Shown piece after piece: positions 10,069-20,400 of a stretch of 64,000 nucleotides of DNA (position 1 is its first letter; each line of letters opens with the position of its first letter). Source of the stretch: Spirochaetia bacterium (lineage in GTDB: Bacteria; Spirochaetota; Spirochaetia; SZUA-6; Bin103); NCBI GenBank assembly GCA_965208575.1, contig CBDBOV010000005.1, positions 64,001-128,000 of the forward strand, read 5' to 3'. A program made the translations under genes and the position numbers. The notes beneath the pieces were generated by a model. The model did not search any database and had not been told where the DNA came from. It saw nothing but the letters and a program-made list of their open reading frames with translations.

Positions 10069-10102
10069 CCGAATCGGTCAGACCACCGGCCATCCACCTG
10101 AA

Positions 10103-10924
10103 TCACTGCTCCTGAGCGGTCAGGAACCGCAGACGACCGGTAGGCGCAGCGATCAGGTGGCAGAACTTTGCCATGAGATGGTAGGGGTGACGGGCCGCCA
10201 TGGCGGTCTCGAGGCGCTCCAGCCTGGCGAAGAAGCCGGGGTCGTACTTGATCTCGTCGTCGACGATGTACCCGGTGACGCAGAGTATGCCGTAGTGTGC
10301 GATCACCTCGAATCCGCGGGCACCGAGCAGTTCGGAGAGCTCTTCGAAGGCGTGTCGGCGAACCGGGAAGTTCCCGAATTGGCGAGCGGTCGATGTCTTC
10401 GTATCGAGGCGGGATAGCGCGGCATCGAGATCTCCGTCCCTCACGGCCGCGTTCAGCGCCTCCGAGTAGCGGTTGACCTGTATCAGCGAGAGAATGCCAG
10501 ACGGCTTGAGGGAGCACGTGGCTGCTTCGACAGCCGCGCCGGCGTCTTCCACGTAGGACAGCACGTTGTGCAGCAGCACCACGTCGTGCGATTCCGCATC
10601 GAACAGATCCGGAATTGCACCGAGGTCGGCTTCTTTGAGTGTCAGGGAGTCGCGGGGGATCTCTTCCTGCCTGGCCGTCTCCCGCGCATCGGCCAGCATC
10701 CGTGCGGACCAATCGACGACCGTGATCCGGTGGCCCATCTTCGCCAGGGGGATGGAGTCGCGCGCGTTGCCGCCGCCGACGTCCAGTATGTCGACGCCCG
10801 GCGGGGGGAGGTGCCTGGTCAGATTCCGTAGTGCGATGGAGCGGCGCAGCCTGCCCCACGGGGTCCCCTCGTCGCGCTTCCAGGCCGCCAGGTTGGAGTC
10901 GAAGATGGAAGGGTCGGCCGTCAT
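10103..10924 (-). CDS. class I SAM-dependent methyltransferase (SmtA/CmoM-like)
   Basis: ILDVGGG, DVVLLHNVLSYV and LKPSGILS motifs; GAGGA RBS. Confidence 0.85.
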   Translation of the reverse strand: MTADPSIFDSNLAAWKRDEGTPWGRLRRSIALRNLTRHLPPPGVDILDVGGGNARDSIPLAKMGHRITVVDWSARMLADARETARQEEIPRDSLTLKEADLGAIPDLFDAESHDVVLLHNVLSYVEDAGAAVEAATCSLKPSGILSLIQVNRYSEALNAAVRDGDLDAALSRLDTKTSTARQFGNFPVRRHAFEELSELLGARGFEVIAHYGILCVTGYIVDDEIKYDPGFFARLERLETAMAARHPYHLMAKFCHLIAAPTGRLRFLTAQEQ

Positions 10925-10931
10925 GAGTTCC

Positions 10932-11162
10932 TCACCGGCCATCGGCGCCATAGATCTGTTCGCGGCTCAACGATCCCGTGTATCCGGTCTTTACCGTCAC
11001 CAGCATGAGTTCGTCCCCGGCAGTATCGGGTGGCGCCATCCTGGCAGCACGCTGCAGAATTGCGCGCAACTCGCCCTGCAGGGACCTGTGGTTGCTGCGC
11101 GCCAGCCGCTGCAAGGCGTCAATTGTCTCCGGATGAACCTGCGTGACGTGTACTGACTTCAT
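10932..11162 (-). CDS. FitA/Arc-like ribbon-helix-helix antitoxin (orphan)
   Basis: SVHVTQVHPETIDALQRLARSNHRSLQGELRAIL...SREQIYG. Confidence 0.8.
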   Translation of the reverse strand: MKSVHVTQVHPETIDALQRLARSNHRSLQGELRAILQRAARMAPPDTAGDELMLVTVKTGYTGSLSREQIYGADGR

Positions 11163-11205
11163 GGAGGCACTGGAATAGTACAACGTCGCAAGGCCTGACC
11201 GATCC

Positions 11206-11267
11206 ATGGATCGTGATCCTTTTTTCTAATCGATATATGGACTACGATCCTTTTTTCCAATAGGATT
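11206..11267. repeat. AT-rich imperfect 31-bp tandem repeat, operator-like
   Basis: atgga-N4-gatcctttttt-c(t/c)aat occurs twice. Confidence 0.6.
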
Positions 11268-11387
11268 CCGTCATGTTTCGCTGGCTTCTGCAGGAGTTGG
11301 GACTCGCCTGAGGCTGACGCCCGACGGCGGGCGCGCCAAGCGGCCGGCGCGCTTGCCGGGGGCCGGCGGGAGTGACAGAGTAGCGCC

Positions 11388-12908
11388 GTGGAAGTGACGG
11401 ACGAACTGACGCGGCGGGCGATGGCGGCGGTTGCGGAGGCGGCGCCGCGGGCCGCGGCCGATCCGGCGCGCCCGGTGTACCACTTCCTGCCGCCGGCGCA
11501 GTGGATGAACGACGTGCACGGCGCCTTCCACCACCGCGGCTGGTACCACGTGTTCTTCCAGTTCCTGCCCTGGAGCGATGACATCACCGAGGTAAAGGCG
11601 CGCGGTATCGGCTGGGGGCACGCGCGCAGCCGCGACCTGGTGCACTGGCAGTTCCTGCCGCCGGCGCTGCTGCCGCGGCCGGAGGACAATGCGCGCGCGC
11701 TCGCCTCCGGCAGCTCGTGGATCCGCGCGGACGGCGTGCCGATGCTGTTCTACACCCACACGCCGGTCGGCTTCCCGGCGCGGAAGCGGGAGCCGCGCGG
11801 CGCCCTGCCGGTCGACGATGAGCTGCTCACCTGGCGCACGGTCGACCTGGGGCTCGCCCCCGGCAACAGCGGCGTGCCCGCCGACATCCCCGCCATCTGG
11901 GCCGACATCTACCTGTTCGGCCACGGCGAGCGCGTGTTCGCCACCTTCAAGCAGAGCGACGGCCTGGTGTGCGAGGCGCAGAACCGGGAGTTGACCGAGT
12001 GGCGCGCGGTCGGGCATCTCGGCGGCACCGCCTCAATCGCCGCGGACGAGGACGGCGTGGCTGGCGAGTGCCCCAACGTGTTCACCCTGCAGGGACGCGG
12101 CGTGCTGATCCGCTCCACCTACCCGATCAGCTACCTGCTCGGCGACTTCGACCCCGACGCGGTCGCCTTCATGCCCGACGGTCCGCCGCGTATCCTGGAC
12201 TACGGCTACGGCGGCGCCGTGCAGCCGGCCCTGCACTCGCGCGGCCTGTACGGCACCACGGCATTCGTCGATCCCGTCGGCGATCCCGTTGGCGACCCGA
12301 GGGCTGAGCCGCCGGGAAACGATCGGCGGTGTGGCGCGCGAAGCGGGCGGGCGCGCACCGTGCTGGCCGGCTGGGTGAGCGGATTCGCGAAGGGCCGCGG
12401 CTGGAACGGCTGCATGTCGCTGCCGCGCCTGTTGAGCATCGAGGGCGGGCACCTGGTCCAGACGCCGCTGCCGGAGCTGCGCCGCCTGCGGCGCCGGCAC
12501 ACCCGCTACCGGAACCTGGTGCTCGACGGGCACGTACGGCTGATCCCGGAAGCGCGCGGCAAGGCCCTCGAGATCGTCGCCGAGCTGGCCCCCCGGACCG
12601 CCGCGAGCTGCGGCCTGCGGGTCCGGTGCCGGGACGACGGCTCCGGGGGCCTCGCGATCCGCTACACGCCCGGCACCCTGGACGTGGCCGGCACCCGGGT
12701 GCCGCTGCGGCTCACCGCCGGCGACACGCTCCGGCTGCACCTGTTCCTGGACCACTCGGTAATGGAGCTGTTCATTCAGGACGGGTCGGCGGCGGTCACC
12801 CGGGTAGACTACCCGCCCGAGGACGACGTCGCGGTGGCCCTGTTTGCCGACGGTGGCCCCGCGACTGCAATCTCGCTCGACGCCTGGGCGATCGACTCCA
12901 TCTGGTAG
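11388..12908 (+). CDS. GH32-like glycoside hydrolase
   Basis: RPVYHFLPPAQWMND, WGHARSRDLVHW, GECP, MSLPR and LDHSVMELF motifs. Confidence 0.9.
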   Translation: MEVTDELTRRAMAAVAEAAPRAAADPARPVYHFLPPAQWMNDVHGAFHHRGWYHVFFQFLPWSDDITEVKARGIGWGHARSRDLVHWQFLPPALLPRPEDNARALASGSSWIRADGVPMLFYTHTPVGFPARKREPRGALPVDDELLTWRTVDLGLAPGNSGVPADIPAIWADIYLFGHGERVFATFKQSDGLVCEAQNRELTEWRAVGHLGGTASIAADEDGVAGECPNVFTLQGRGVLIRSTYPISYLLGDFDPDAVAFMPDGPPRILDYGYGGAVQPALHSRGLYGTTAFVDPVGDPVGDPRAEPPGNDRRCGARSGRARTVLAGWVSGFAKGRGWNGCMSLPRLLSIEGGHLVQTPLPELRRLRRRHTRYRNLVLDGHVRLIPEARGKALEIVAELAPRTAASCGLRVRCRDDGSGGLAIRYTPGTLDVAGTRVPLRLTAGDTLRLHLFLDHSVMELFIQDGSAAVTRVDYPPEDDVAVALFADGGPATAISLDAWAIDSIW

Positions 12909-13208
12909 CGGCGCGCACCCTTCTCGCTTGCGGTTCAGCCGCATTGCCGGACCTCGACGCGGGCAGCCACCGCCACTCGGTGCAGATGAGCCATGCACGC
13001 TGGGAGGAGATGGAGCGGCCGCGCATGGCCCTCATCGCCGCGGCGCGCGGCTGGCTGTCCCGGGAAGTAGCTGCACTACGCGTTCTGATTCTTGACAGCC
13101 GGGCCGGGTTGCGGCGATGTTTGGGCGGTACCGGGCGGACGCCCGTAACAAGCGGGGGCCCGCGCAGTACCGATCAGCACATACCATCAAGGTTGAGGGA
13201 AGGAAGAT

Positions 13209-13580
13209 ATGGGAGAATCAGGAAGCATCACGGTCAGCCGGGAAGGCGTGGAGTCGTTGTTGGGTGCGGTCAGGAAGATACGTTCGGCGTTCAATCCGGA
13301 CGGCGCCGCGGTCAGGGACGGCGCGCCGGGGCTGGCCGCCTTCGTCGACCGGCTCGACAGTTCCGCCGCGCGCCTGGAAGGGCTGCTGGAGCGTACCGAC
13401 CCGGCGTCGGCCAGCGTCGAGGTGGACCGCGACAACGCGGAGATGGTGATGGCTGGGCTCAAGCGGTGGAGGGCAGCCTTCAACCCGGACCGGGCGGCGC
13501 TGAAGGAGGGCGCGCCGGGGCTGGCCGCGTTTGCCGAGCGCCTGGAGAAGAGCGCCGAGAACATCGAGGCCGCTCTGTAG
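13209..13580 (+). CDS. hypothetical protein made of two internal ~60-aa repeats
   Basis: AFNPD.AA...GAPGLAAF..RL..SA...E..L occurs twice; GAGGGAAGGAAG RBS; TTGACA at 13092. Confidence 0.75.
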   Translation: MGESGSITVSREGVESLLGAVRKIRSAFNPDGAAVRDGAPGLAAFVDRLDSSAARLEGLLERTDPASASVEVDRDNAEMVMAGLKRWRAAFNPDRAALKEGAPGLAAFAERLEKSAENIEAAL

Positions 13581-13733
13581 CAACTCGTCCACACCGACCA
13601 ACGCACGCAGTCCGTCGCCAATGCGGTCGGCCCGGCGGTGGCCCCTCCAGGGACTGGCGCCGGCCGCTTGCGCAGCGGTTGTGCAGCGGTTGTAGAGCCG
13701 GGCTCGTAGCGGCTGCACCTACGGGCTCGGCGG

Positions 13734-15500
13734 TCAGGCGCCGCGCTTCACCGAGATCGTCACCACGTCGGTCTTGCGGAACTTCTGATGACGCACGGAC
13801 GACGCGTAGTGGCGCAGCAGACGCAACGAGCTGTCGGAGCCCGTGATCGAGTCGTCCGGCTCGCCGAGCGTCGCGATCTCGTCTTCGATGTTGCCCCATC
13901 CCGAGCCGGCGACGAACTCCAGTTCCGCGAGATCGTGCGCGACGCGTGCCGAGACCCGCAGGTGCCGGCGAAGAGGCGCCGCCTCGCCGTCGTCCGCGAA
14001 CGGATCGTCTTCGCCCTTGAGCAGCAGGACCACTTCCTCGCAGGCGGCCCGCAGCGAGTTCATGGCACGCTCGCTCCAGCCGCGCCGTGACGCCAGGCTC
14101 ACCACGAACTCGTCCACGGCGGCAATCGCGGACCGGTCCAGGTCAACCGTACGCCGGCGCCGGCGCCCGGGCGGTTCCAGGATCAGCGACAGGACGATCG
14201 CCATGATGCCGCCCGCCGTCATGCCGTTGCCGAGCAGCAGCGCCAGGCGCCCCACCAGCAGCTCCGGAAAGATCCAGCCGTTCTGGAATCCCACCCCCAC
14301 CCAGAACGAAATCCCCACGATCGCGCTCTTGCGGTAGTCCAGCCCGGAGGCGACGGCGAGCCTCAGGCCCAGGGTGAACAGCACCGCCGCCAGCGCCAGG
14401 GTGAAGGCGCCGGCGACCGGACTGGGAATCGCCAACAGCAGGGCGACCAGTTTCGGGAAGAAAGCCAGCACCACGAACGCCAGGCCCGCGAACACGCCCA
14501 CGCGCCGCGCCGCCACGCCGGTGATCTCGGCCACGGCGACGCTGGTGGAATAGGTCGTGTTGGGCAGGGTGCCGGCAAGGCCGGACAGCAGGCTGCCGAC
14601 GCCGTCGGCGGCCACGGCGCCCTGCACCCGGCGGTAGTCGGTCGCCCGCGGCTGGCGCCAGGAGATCCTCTGGATGGCGACCGCATCGCCCACCGTCTCG
14701 ATGGCGCCGACCACGGCGGCGAAGCTGAACGATGGTATGAGCCAGAAATAGTGGCGCAGGGCAGCGAAGTCGAGCCCCGGCCACGCGGCAAAACGCGGCA
14801 TCCCGATCCAGGCCGCGTCCATCACCCGCTGCACGTCGTAGATGCCGAACGCCGCTCCCACCACACACCCGCACAGCACGCCCACGACCGGAGCCCACAC
14901 CCGCGCCAGGCCGCGGGTGCGCAGGGTCAGGACCATCATCACCGCCAGCGTCACGCCCCCGGCCAGCGGCGCCGCCGCGGCGGACGTGTCGGTTGGCGTC
15001 TGCGCGAACAGGTCGAAGATGACCGGCGCCAGCGTGACCGGGATCAGCATGATGACCGTGCTCGACACCGTGGGCGTGATCACCCGCCGCAGGGTGTACA
15101 GACGGCGCGCGATCCTGAATTGCGCCAACGACGACAGCATGACGAGCGTGGCGAGGAGTGCGGGACCGCCCTCCACCAGGGCGGTGATCGAGACGGCGAT
15201 GAAGGCGCCGGACGGACCCATCACCAGGAGATGACCCGAACCCATCCGCGGGCGCCGCGCCGTCTGCAGCATCGTGGTCAGGCCGCTCACGATCAGGCCC
15301 GCAAACACCGCCCACGACAGGTAGGAGTCCTCCAGGCCTGCGCTGCGCACCACGATCAGCACGGTGACCACCATGCTGGCGAGATACAGTGTGGCGTACT
15401 GTGCGGCCAGGCCGAGAGCGAGCAGGGGGCGCGGCTTGTCGTCCGGCTCGAAGCGGACGTCCTGTTCCGGGATGTTGTCCTGGGTCCGGTCTGCTGACAT
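13734..15500 (-). CDS. NCS2 (xanthine/uracil) family permease with C-terminal degenerate HATPase_c/RsbW-like domain
   Basis: MGPSGAFI, ETVGD, GAVAADGVGSLLSGLAGTLPNTTYSTS and FFPKL motifs, followed by a soluble ~140-aa tail. Confidence 0.85.
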   Translation of the reverse strand: MSADRTQDNIPEQDVRFEPDDKPRPLLALGLAAQYATLYLASMVVTVLIVVRSAGLEDSYLSWAVFAGLIVSGLTTMLQTARRPRMGSGHLLVMGPSGAFIAVSITALVEGGPALLATLVMLSSLAQFRIARRLYTLRRVITPTVSSTVIMLIPVTLAPVIFDLFAQTPTDTSAAAAPLAGGVTLAVMMVLTLRTRGLARVWAPVVGVLCGCVVGAAFGIYDVQRVMDAAWIGMPRFAAWPGLDFAALRHYFWLIPSFSFAAVVGAIETVGDAVAIQRISWRQPRATDYRRVQGAVAADGVGSLLSGLAGTLPNTTYSTSVAVAEITGVAARRVGVFAGLAFVVLAFFPKLVALLLAIPSPVAGAFTLALAAVLFTLGLRLAVASGLDYRKSAIVGISFWVGVGFQNGWIFPELLVGRLALLLGNGMTAGGIMAIVLSLILEPPGRRRRRTVDLDRSAIAAVDEFVVSLASRRGWSERAMNSLRAACEEVVLLLKGEDDPFADDGEAAPLRRHLRVSARVAHDLAELEFVAGSGWGNIEDEIATLGEPDDSITGSDSSLRLLRHYASSVRHQKFRKTDVVTISVKRGA

Positions 15501-15617
15501 GCGACGACGGGCGCGCCAGGATCATAGCACAGTCGCCGCACGTATGCCCCGCCGCTACGCCGCAAGTGCCCTCGGCATTGCATTGTCCCGGTGTTTTCGC
15601 GACCATAGTTACAAACT

Positions 15618-15626
15618 TGGTACAAT
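15618..15626 (+). promoter_or_regulatory. extended -10 element for the PKS operon
   Basis: TGGTACAAT about 15 nt upstream of the ATG at 15642. Confidence 0.5.
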
Positions 15627-15849
15627 GAGGCAGGGAAGATCATGAGCGAGATAGACGGGGTCTGGGAACTGGAGATGGATTCCATCCGCGGCAATGGGAC
15701 CGCGCAGTTGAGCCTCAAGACCGACGGAGCCACCGCCGCCGGCTCACTGTCCGGCGAAAAGCGCACGTTCGAGTTCGACAACGGCAGGGTGAAGGACAAC
15801 GCGGTTCGGTGGGAGGCCAACGTCAAGGTGCCGCTCCTGCGTCCTGCGC

Positions 15850-17287
15850 GGGTGCGAACGCCGAAAGCGGTAGCAAATCATTGACTCTGAGGCGGAAAAA
15901 AGGTCTACCTACCCCACGACACCACACCATGGGGAGGTAGACCATGAATACGGAAGGACTTATAACGGCCGCCGAGGGCCTTGTCAAGGAGTTGCAAGGG
16001 CGCATCAACGGCGGCCGGATGGATCTCCAGGAGGCGGAAGCCAAGATCCTTGAGATGGTGAACTGGATCGGCGACGAGATGGTGCAGGAAGTGGTAGCCG
16101 GACTCGCGGAGCCGACATCCGCCAACCAGATCACGGTTGGCGGTGAGGTGGCAGTGTTCGAGCGGGTGCGTAACCTGCGGTTCATCAACCGCTTCGGCGA
16201 AGAAGTGGTGCACCCGCGGCGCTGCTACCGGTACCGGCACCGGAGCGGAGGCGTGGCGCCGCTGGATGTGAAGCTGGGGATCGACGGGTGCTTCGGATTC
16301 TCACCGCTGATGACGTACCTGATCTGCATGCTGGGCGCGGATGAGTCGTATGCCGGTGCAGCGGCAAAACTGGAGGCGATGCTCGGGTTCAAGGTGAGCT
16401 CGACGGCGGTGCAGCGCACTACCGAGAAGACGGGAGAGCGGATACCCGATACCCCCGACGATCTAATTGATGAGCAGCGTCAGCGGCAGCCATGTTCCCT
16501 GATGGTGGTCGAGGTAGACGGAACGACGAGCCCGCAGATCACGGAGCAGGAAGGGATTACTGGTCTTGCCAGCCTCCGGGCGCCGACCTGTTACAAGGAG
16601 TGCAACCTGATAGTCATCGAGAAGCACGATGATGGCAAGGTGATCGACCGCTGGACCGGAGGACGCTATGGACCACGCGGTGAGTTTGCCGGCTACGCCG
16701 AGCAGGCTGGACTGCGAATGGGCTTCCTGGACGCTCCACGAACGCTGTTCCTCGGTGATGGTGCACACCACAACTGGGAACTGCAGCAGACCCACTTCCC
16801 CGGCGCGATACCGATCCTGGACTACTACCACGCGGCTGAGCACCTCGCCGATTACTGCAAGCTGCTGTCTGCTACGCTACGCGATGCCGTCGAGCGCAGC
16901 TTGTCCACGATGATGTGGGAAGGCGAGGTGCTGCAGATGATCCACGAGATGAAGCGTTCACTGTCGAAGGTCACCGATACTGACGAAGCGTGGAAGCAGA
17001 TCAACTACTTCACGAACAACCAGGACCGTATGGACTATGCCCGTTACCGCGATCTCGGGTGGCCGATCGGCAGTGGCTTGGTCGAAGGGCAGTGCAAATT
17101 GGTTGTCGGTCGACGCTTCAAGGGCAACGGGATGAGATGGCGACCGCACGACAACCGCTGCGTGCTACGCACCCGTCTGGCTCTGCTCAACGGCGACCTC
17201 AAGCGCTATTTCAGTCCTCCTGACGACTGCGAGATCAAAGCGGCCTGATCGTGTCAACCCCTGTTACCGCTTTTGGCATTGGCACCC
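15850..17287 (+). mobile_element. insertion sequence, ISKra4/ISLre2-like (IS256-related DDE)
   Basis: 26-bp imperfect terminal IRs GGGTGCGAACGCCGAAAGCGGTAGCA / GGGTGCCAATGCCAAAAGCGGTAACA; flanking TCCTGCGC direct repeats. Confidence 0.9.
15944..17248 (+). CDS. DDE transposase (UPF0236/ISKra4-like)
   Basis: VEVDG, LGDGA, ILDYYHAAEHL and IGSGLVEGQCK...RFKGNGMRW motifs; GGGGAGG RBS. Confidence 0.9.
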   Translation: MNTEGLITAAEGLVKELQGRINGGRMDLQEAEAKILEMVNWIGDEMVQEVVAGLAEPTSANQITVGGEVAVFERVRNLRFINRFGEEVVHPRRCYRYRHRSGGVAPLDVKLGIDGCFGFSPLMTYLICMLGADESYAGAAAKLEAMLGFKVSSTAVQRTTEKTGERIPDTPDDLIDEQRQRQPCSLMVVEVDGTTSPQITEQEGITGLASLRAPTCYKECNLIVIEKHDDGKVIDRWTGGRYGPRGEFAGYAEQAGLRMGFLDAPRTLFLGDGAHHNWELQQTHFPGAIPILDYYHAAEHLADYCKLLSATLRDAVERSLSTMMWEGEVLQMIHEMKRSLSKVTDTDEAWKQINYFTNNQDRMDYARYRDLGWPIGSGLVEGQCKLVVGRRFKGNGMRWRPHDNRCVLRTRLALLNGDLKRYFSPPDDCEIKAA

Positions 17288-17423
17288 CTCCTGCGCCGCG
17301 AGCGCAAGGTCACCTGCACGGCGATCGTCGACGGCGACACCATCAGCGGTACCATCGACGGGCCGCGGCAGCGACTGGCGACATTCAAGGGTTCGCGTTC
17401 CGAATAGGAGCAACGACAGCGAC

Positions 17424-20400
17424 ATGAACGTGCCGCAGGCCCACGAACCGGTGTCGATCGTCGGGTACAGCCACCGCATGCCCGGCGGCATCGTTTCCGA
17501 CGACCACTTCTGGCGGTTGCTCAGCGAGCGCGAGATCATACGGGAGCCGATCGTCGACCGCTACGAGCGCGGCTTCCGGCCGATCGGTGAGTTCTCCGGA
17601 CCGGGACGGTTCGCGAGCCCGTACGAGGGACTGATCCGCGACGACCGCGAAATGCTGTTCGACCGCAGCCTGTTCGGCATGTCTCACAACGAGATGCTGA
17701 CTGCCGACCCGCACGTGCGCATGCTCCTGACCTGTACCTGGGAGACGTGCGAACGCGCCGGCTGGGACCTGCACGCGCTGAGAAACAGCCCGACGGGGGT
17801 GTTCGTCGGCGCCCAGGTGCCGGCCACCTCCAACTGGCGGGCGCCGCTCGGCGCCAACGAGTTCTCCATTGCCAGCATCAGCCTGTCGATGCTGGCCAAC
17901 CGCATCTCCTACCACTTCAACCTGATGGGCCCGTCGCTGGCGTGCTGCTCGGCCTGCTCCGCCAGTCTGACCGCGCTGCACGAAGCGCTGAACGCGCTGC
18001 GGGCCGGGGACTGCGAGCAAGCCTTCGTCGGGTCGGCAAACTACCTGGGGTCGTCCCGTCAGAGCGCCGGCTTCAACGCCCTCGGCGTGATCAGTCCCGA
18101 GGGCAAGTGCCACTCCTTCGACGCCGACGCCAACGGCTACCTGCGCTCGGAAGGGGCGTTCGTGTTCGCGATCAAGCCGCTGGCGGCTGCCGAACGCGAC
18201 GGCGATCCGATCCACGCGGTAGTGGAGGCGACCGCCGTGAACGCGGCCGGCGCCGCCGACGGCAGCGTCGGGCTGGCGCAGGGGCGCTACATCACCGCCC
18301 CCACCCGCCACGCGCAGATGGCGCTGATGCGGGAGGCGGCCGCCCGTGCCGGGCGTGCGCCGGAGGAGTTCGACTACGTGGAGGCACATGCCACCGGCAC
18401 GGTGGTCGGCGACCGCATCGAGGGCAACGCAATCGGCGCGGCGCTCGGCGGCTCCGAGCGCGCGGCGCCGCTGCGAGTGGCGGGCGTCAAGAGCAATGTC
18501 GGGCACATGGAAGCCGCGGCGTTCACCTGCGCCCTGCTCAAGGCGGTGCTGATGATGCAACGGCGCACCTTTGCGCCGGTGTCCCGGAACCACTTGGTGC
18601 CCAACCCTGAGATCGACTTCGACGGCCTCGGCATGCAGGTGCAGACCGAGTGCGAACCGTTCCCGGATCATCCGGTGGTGGTCGGCATCAACTCGTTCGG
18701 CTTCGGCGGCTCCAACGGCCACTGCGTGGTGCGTGAGTACCGCCCCGAGCAGCCGCGCATCTGGTCGCTGCCGCTGGCTCCGGAGGCCGGGTGCGTGGTG
18801 CCCTTGTCGGCGCGTACCACCGGCGCCCTGGTGGACAGCGCGCGCGTGCTGCGGCAGGCGCTCGACGAGCCGCCCGCCGACCTGTATACGCTGGCCGGCA
18901 ACCTGAGCCGCCGCCGCACCCACTTCGCGGCGCGTGCGGCGTTCGCGGTGCACGATACCGAGCAACTGAAAGAGGCGCTCGACGCCTTCGTCGAGAACCC
19001 GGAGCCGGTGGCTCCCGTGGACGAGGGCCGGCGCCGGCTGCTGATGGTGTTCACCGGCCAGGGCACGCAGTGGGCGGGCTGCGGGCGCGCGCTGTACGAC
19101 GCCCATCCGGTGTTCCGGCGCGCGGTCGACGCCATCGACGAGCACTGGCGCGGGCACGCCGGCACCTCGTTGCGGGAAGCCGCGTTCGAGGCGCCGCCGG
19201 CGGAACTCAACGAGTGCCGGCTGGCGCAGCCGGTGACCTTCATGCTGCAGTGCGCGCTGGTCGAGCTGTTCAAGACCTGGGGCGTGTACCCCGACTGCGT
19301 GGTCGGCCACAGTTCCGGCGAGGTGGCCGCCGCCTACGCCTCCGGGGCGCTGTCGCTGGCCGAGGCGACGCGGCTCGTGTACCACCGCGCCACCCTGCAG
19401 CAGCGCACCGCCGGTTCCGGGCGCATGCTGCCGATCGGCCTCGACCTGAGCGGCGTGGAACAGTTGCTCCACGAGCTGGAGATCCCGTTTTACACCGAGA
19501 ACGGCGTCGCGCCGCCGGTGGAGATAGCGTGCGAGAACGCGCCTGCGAGCACCGTGATCTGCGGCAAGGAGGAAGCGCTGCGGCCGGTGCTCGAGGAACT
19601 GGAGCGGCGCAACCTGCAGCACCGCCTGCTGCCGGGCAACATTGCGTTCCACTCGGCGGCCATGGATCAGCTCGAGGAGGACGCCCACGAGGCGCTTTCC
19701 TTCCTCAACGACATCGCCTTCGACGCGGCGGTGCCGTTGGTCTCCTCGGTGACCGGCGAGCACACCGAGCGTCTCGACAACGCCTACTGGTGGACCAACA
19801 TCCGCCGCCGCGTACGCTTTGCCGCCGCACTGGAGACCGCGGTGCGCGATTTCCGTCCCGACGTGGTGCTGGAGCTCGCACCCCACAGCGCCCTGCAGTC
19901 CTCCATCGTCCAGTGCCTGGAGGGCAATGCCTCGCGCGCAGTCTGCATCCCGACGCTGCGCCGCGACACCGATGTCTGCCTGGGCTTCCATGAGGCGCTC
20001 GGCGCGCTGTTCCGTGCCGGTGTCGAGCTGGACTTTGCGGCGCAGTTCCCGCGGCCCGAACCGATTGCCCACCTCCTGCCCGGCTATCCGCGCGACGAGC
20101 AGACCATCGCCGACGAGATGAGCGACGACGAGATGTTCCTCCAGGCGGGCGAGTATGCTCACGGCCCGCTGGTCGGGCACCGGGTGCCGTGCGACCACCT
20201 GCTGTTCGAGGCGCGTCTGTCGGAGCGCGATTTTCCCTGGCTGGCCGAGCACCGCGTGCACCACGCGTCGATCATGCCCGCGGCCGGTTACATCGAGTTG
20301 CTGCTGCAGGCGTTCGGCGGCGTGCCGCTGCACGTCGAGTCGCTCGAGTTCCTGCAGCCGTGCCCGATCCCGAAGACGCCGGTGCGGCTGCAGACCGAGT

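Larger units (their letters stand above)
15642..17408 (+). pseudogene. ~103-aa beta-rich protein split by an IS; first gene of the PKS operon
   Basis: Removing the IS and the target duplication gives ...EANVKVPLL|RRERKVTCTAIVDGDTISGTIDGPRQRLATFKGSRSE*. The stop is followed by GGAG and the PKS ATG. Confidence 0.8.

Noticed and set aside
13692-13722. GTAG...CTAC REP-like palindrome
   Set aside because: Weak stem, and I found no second convincing copy in the window.
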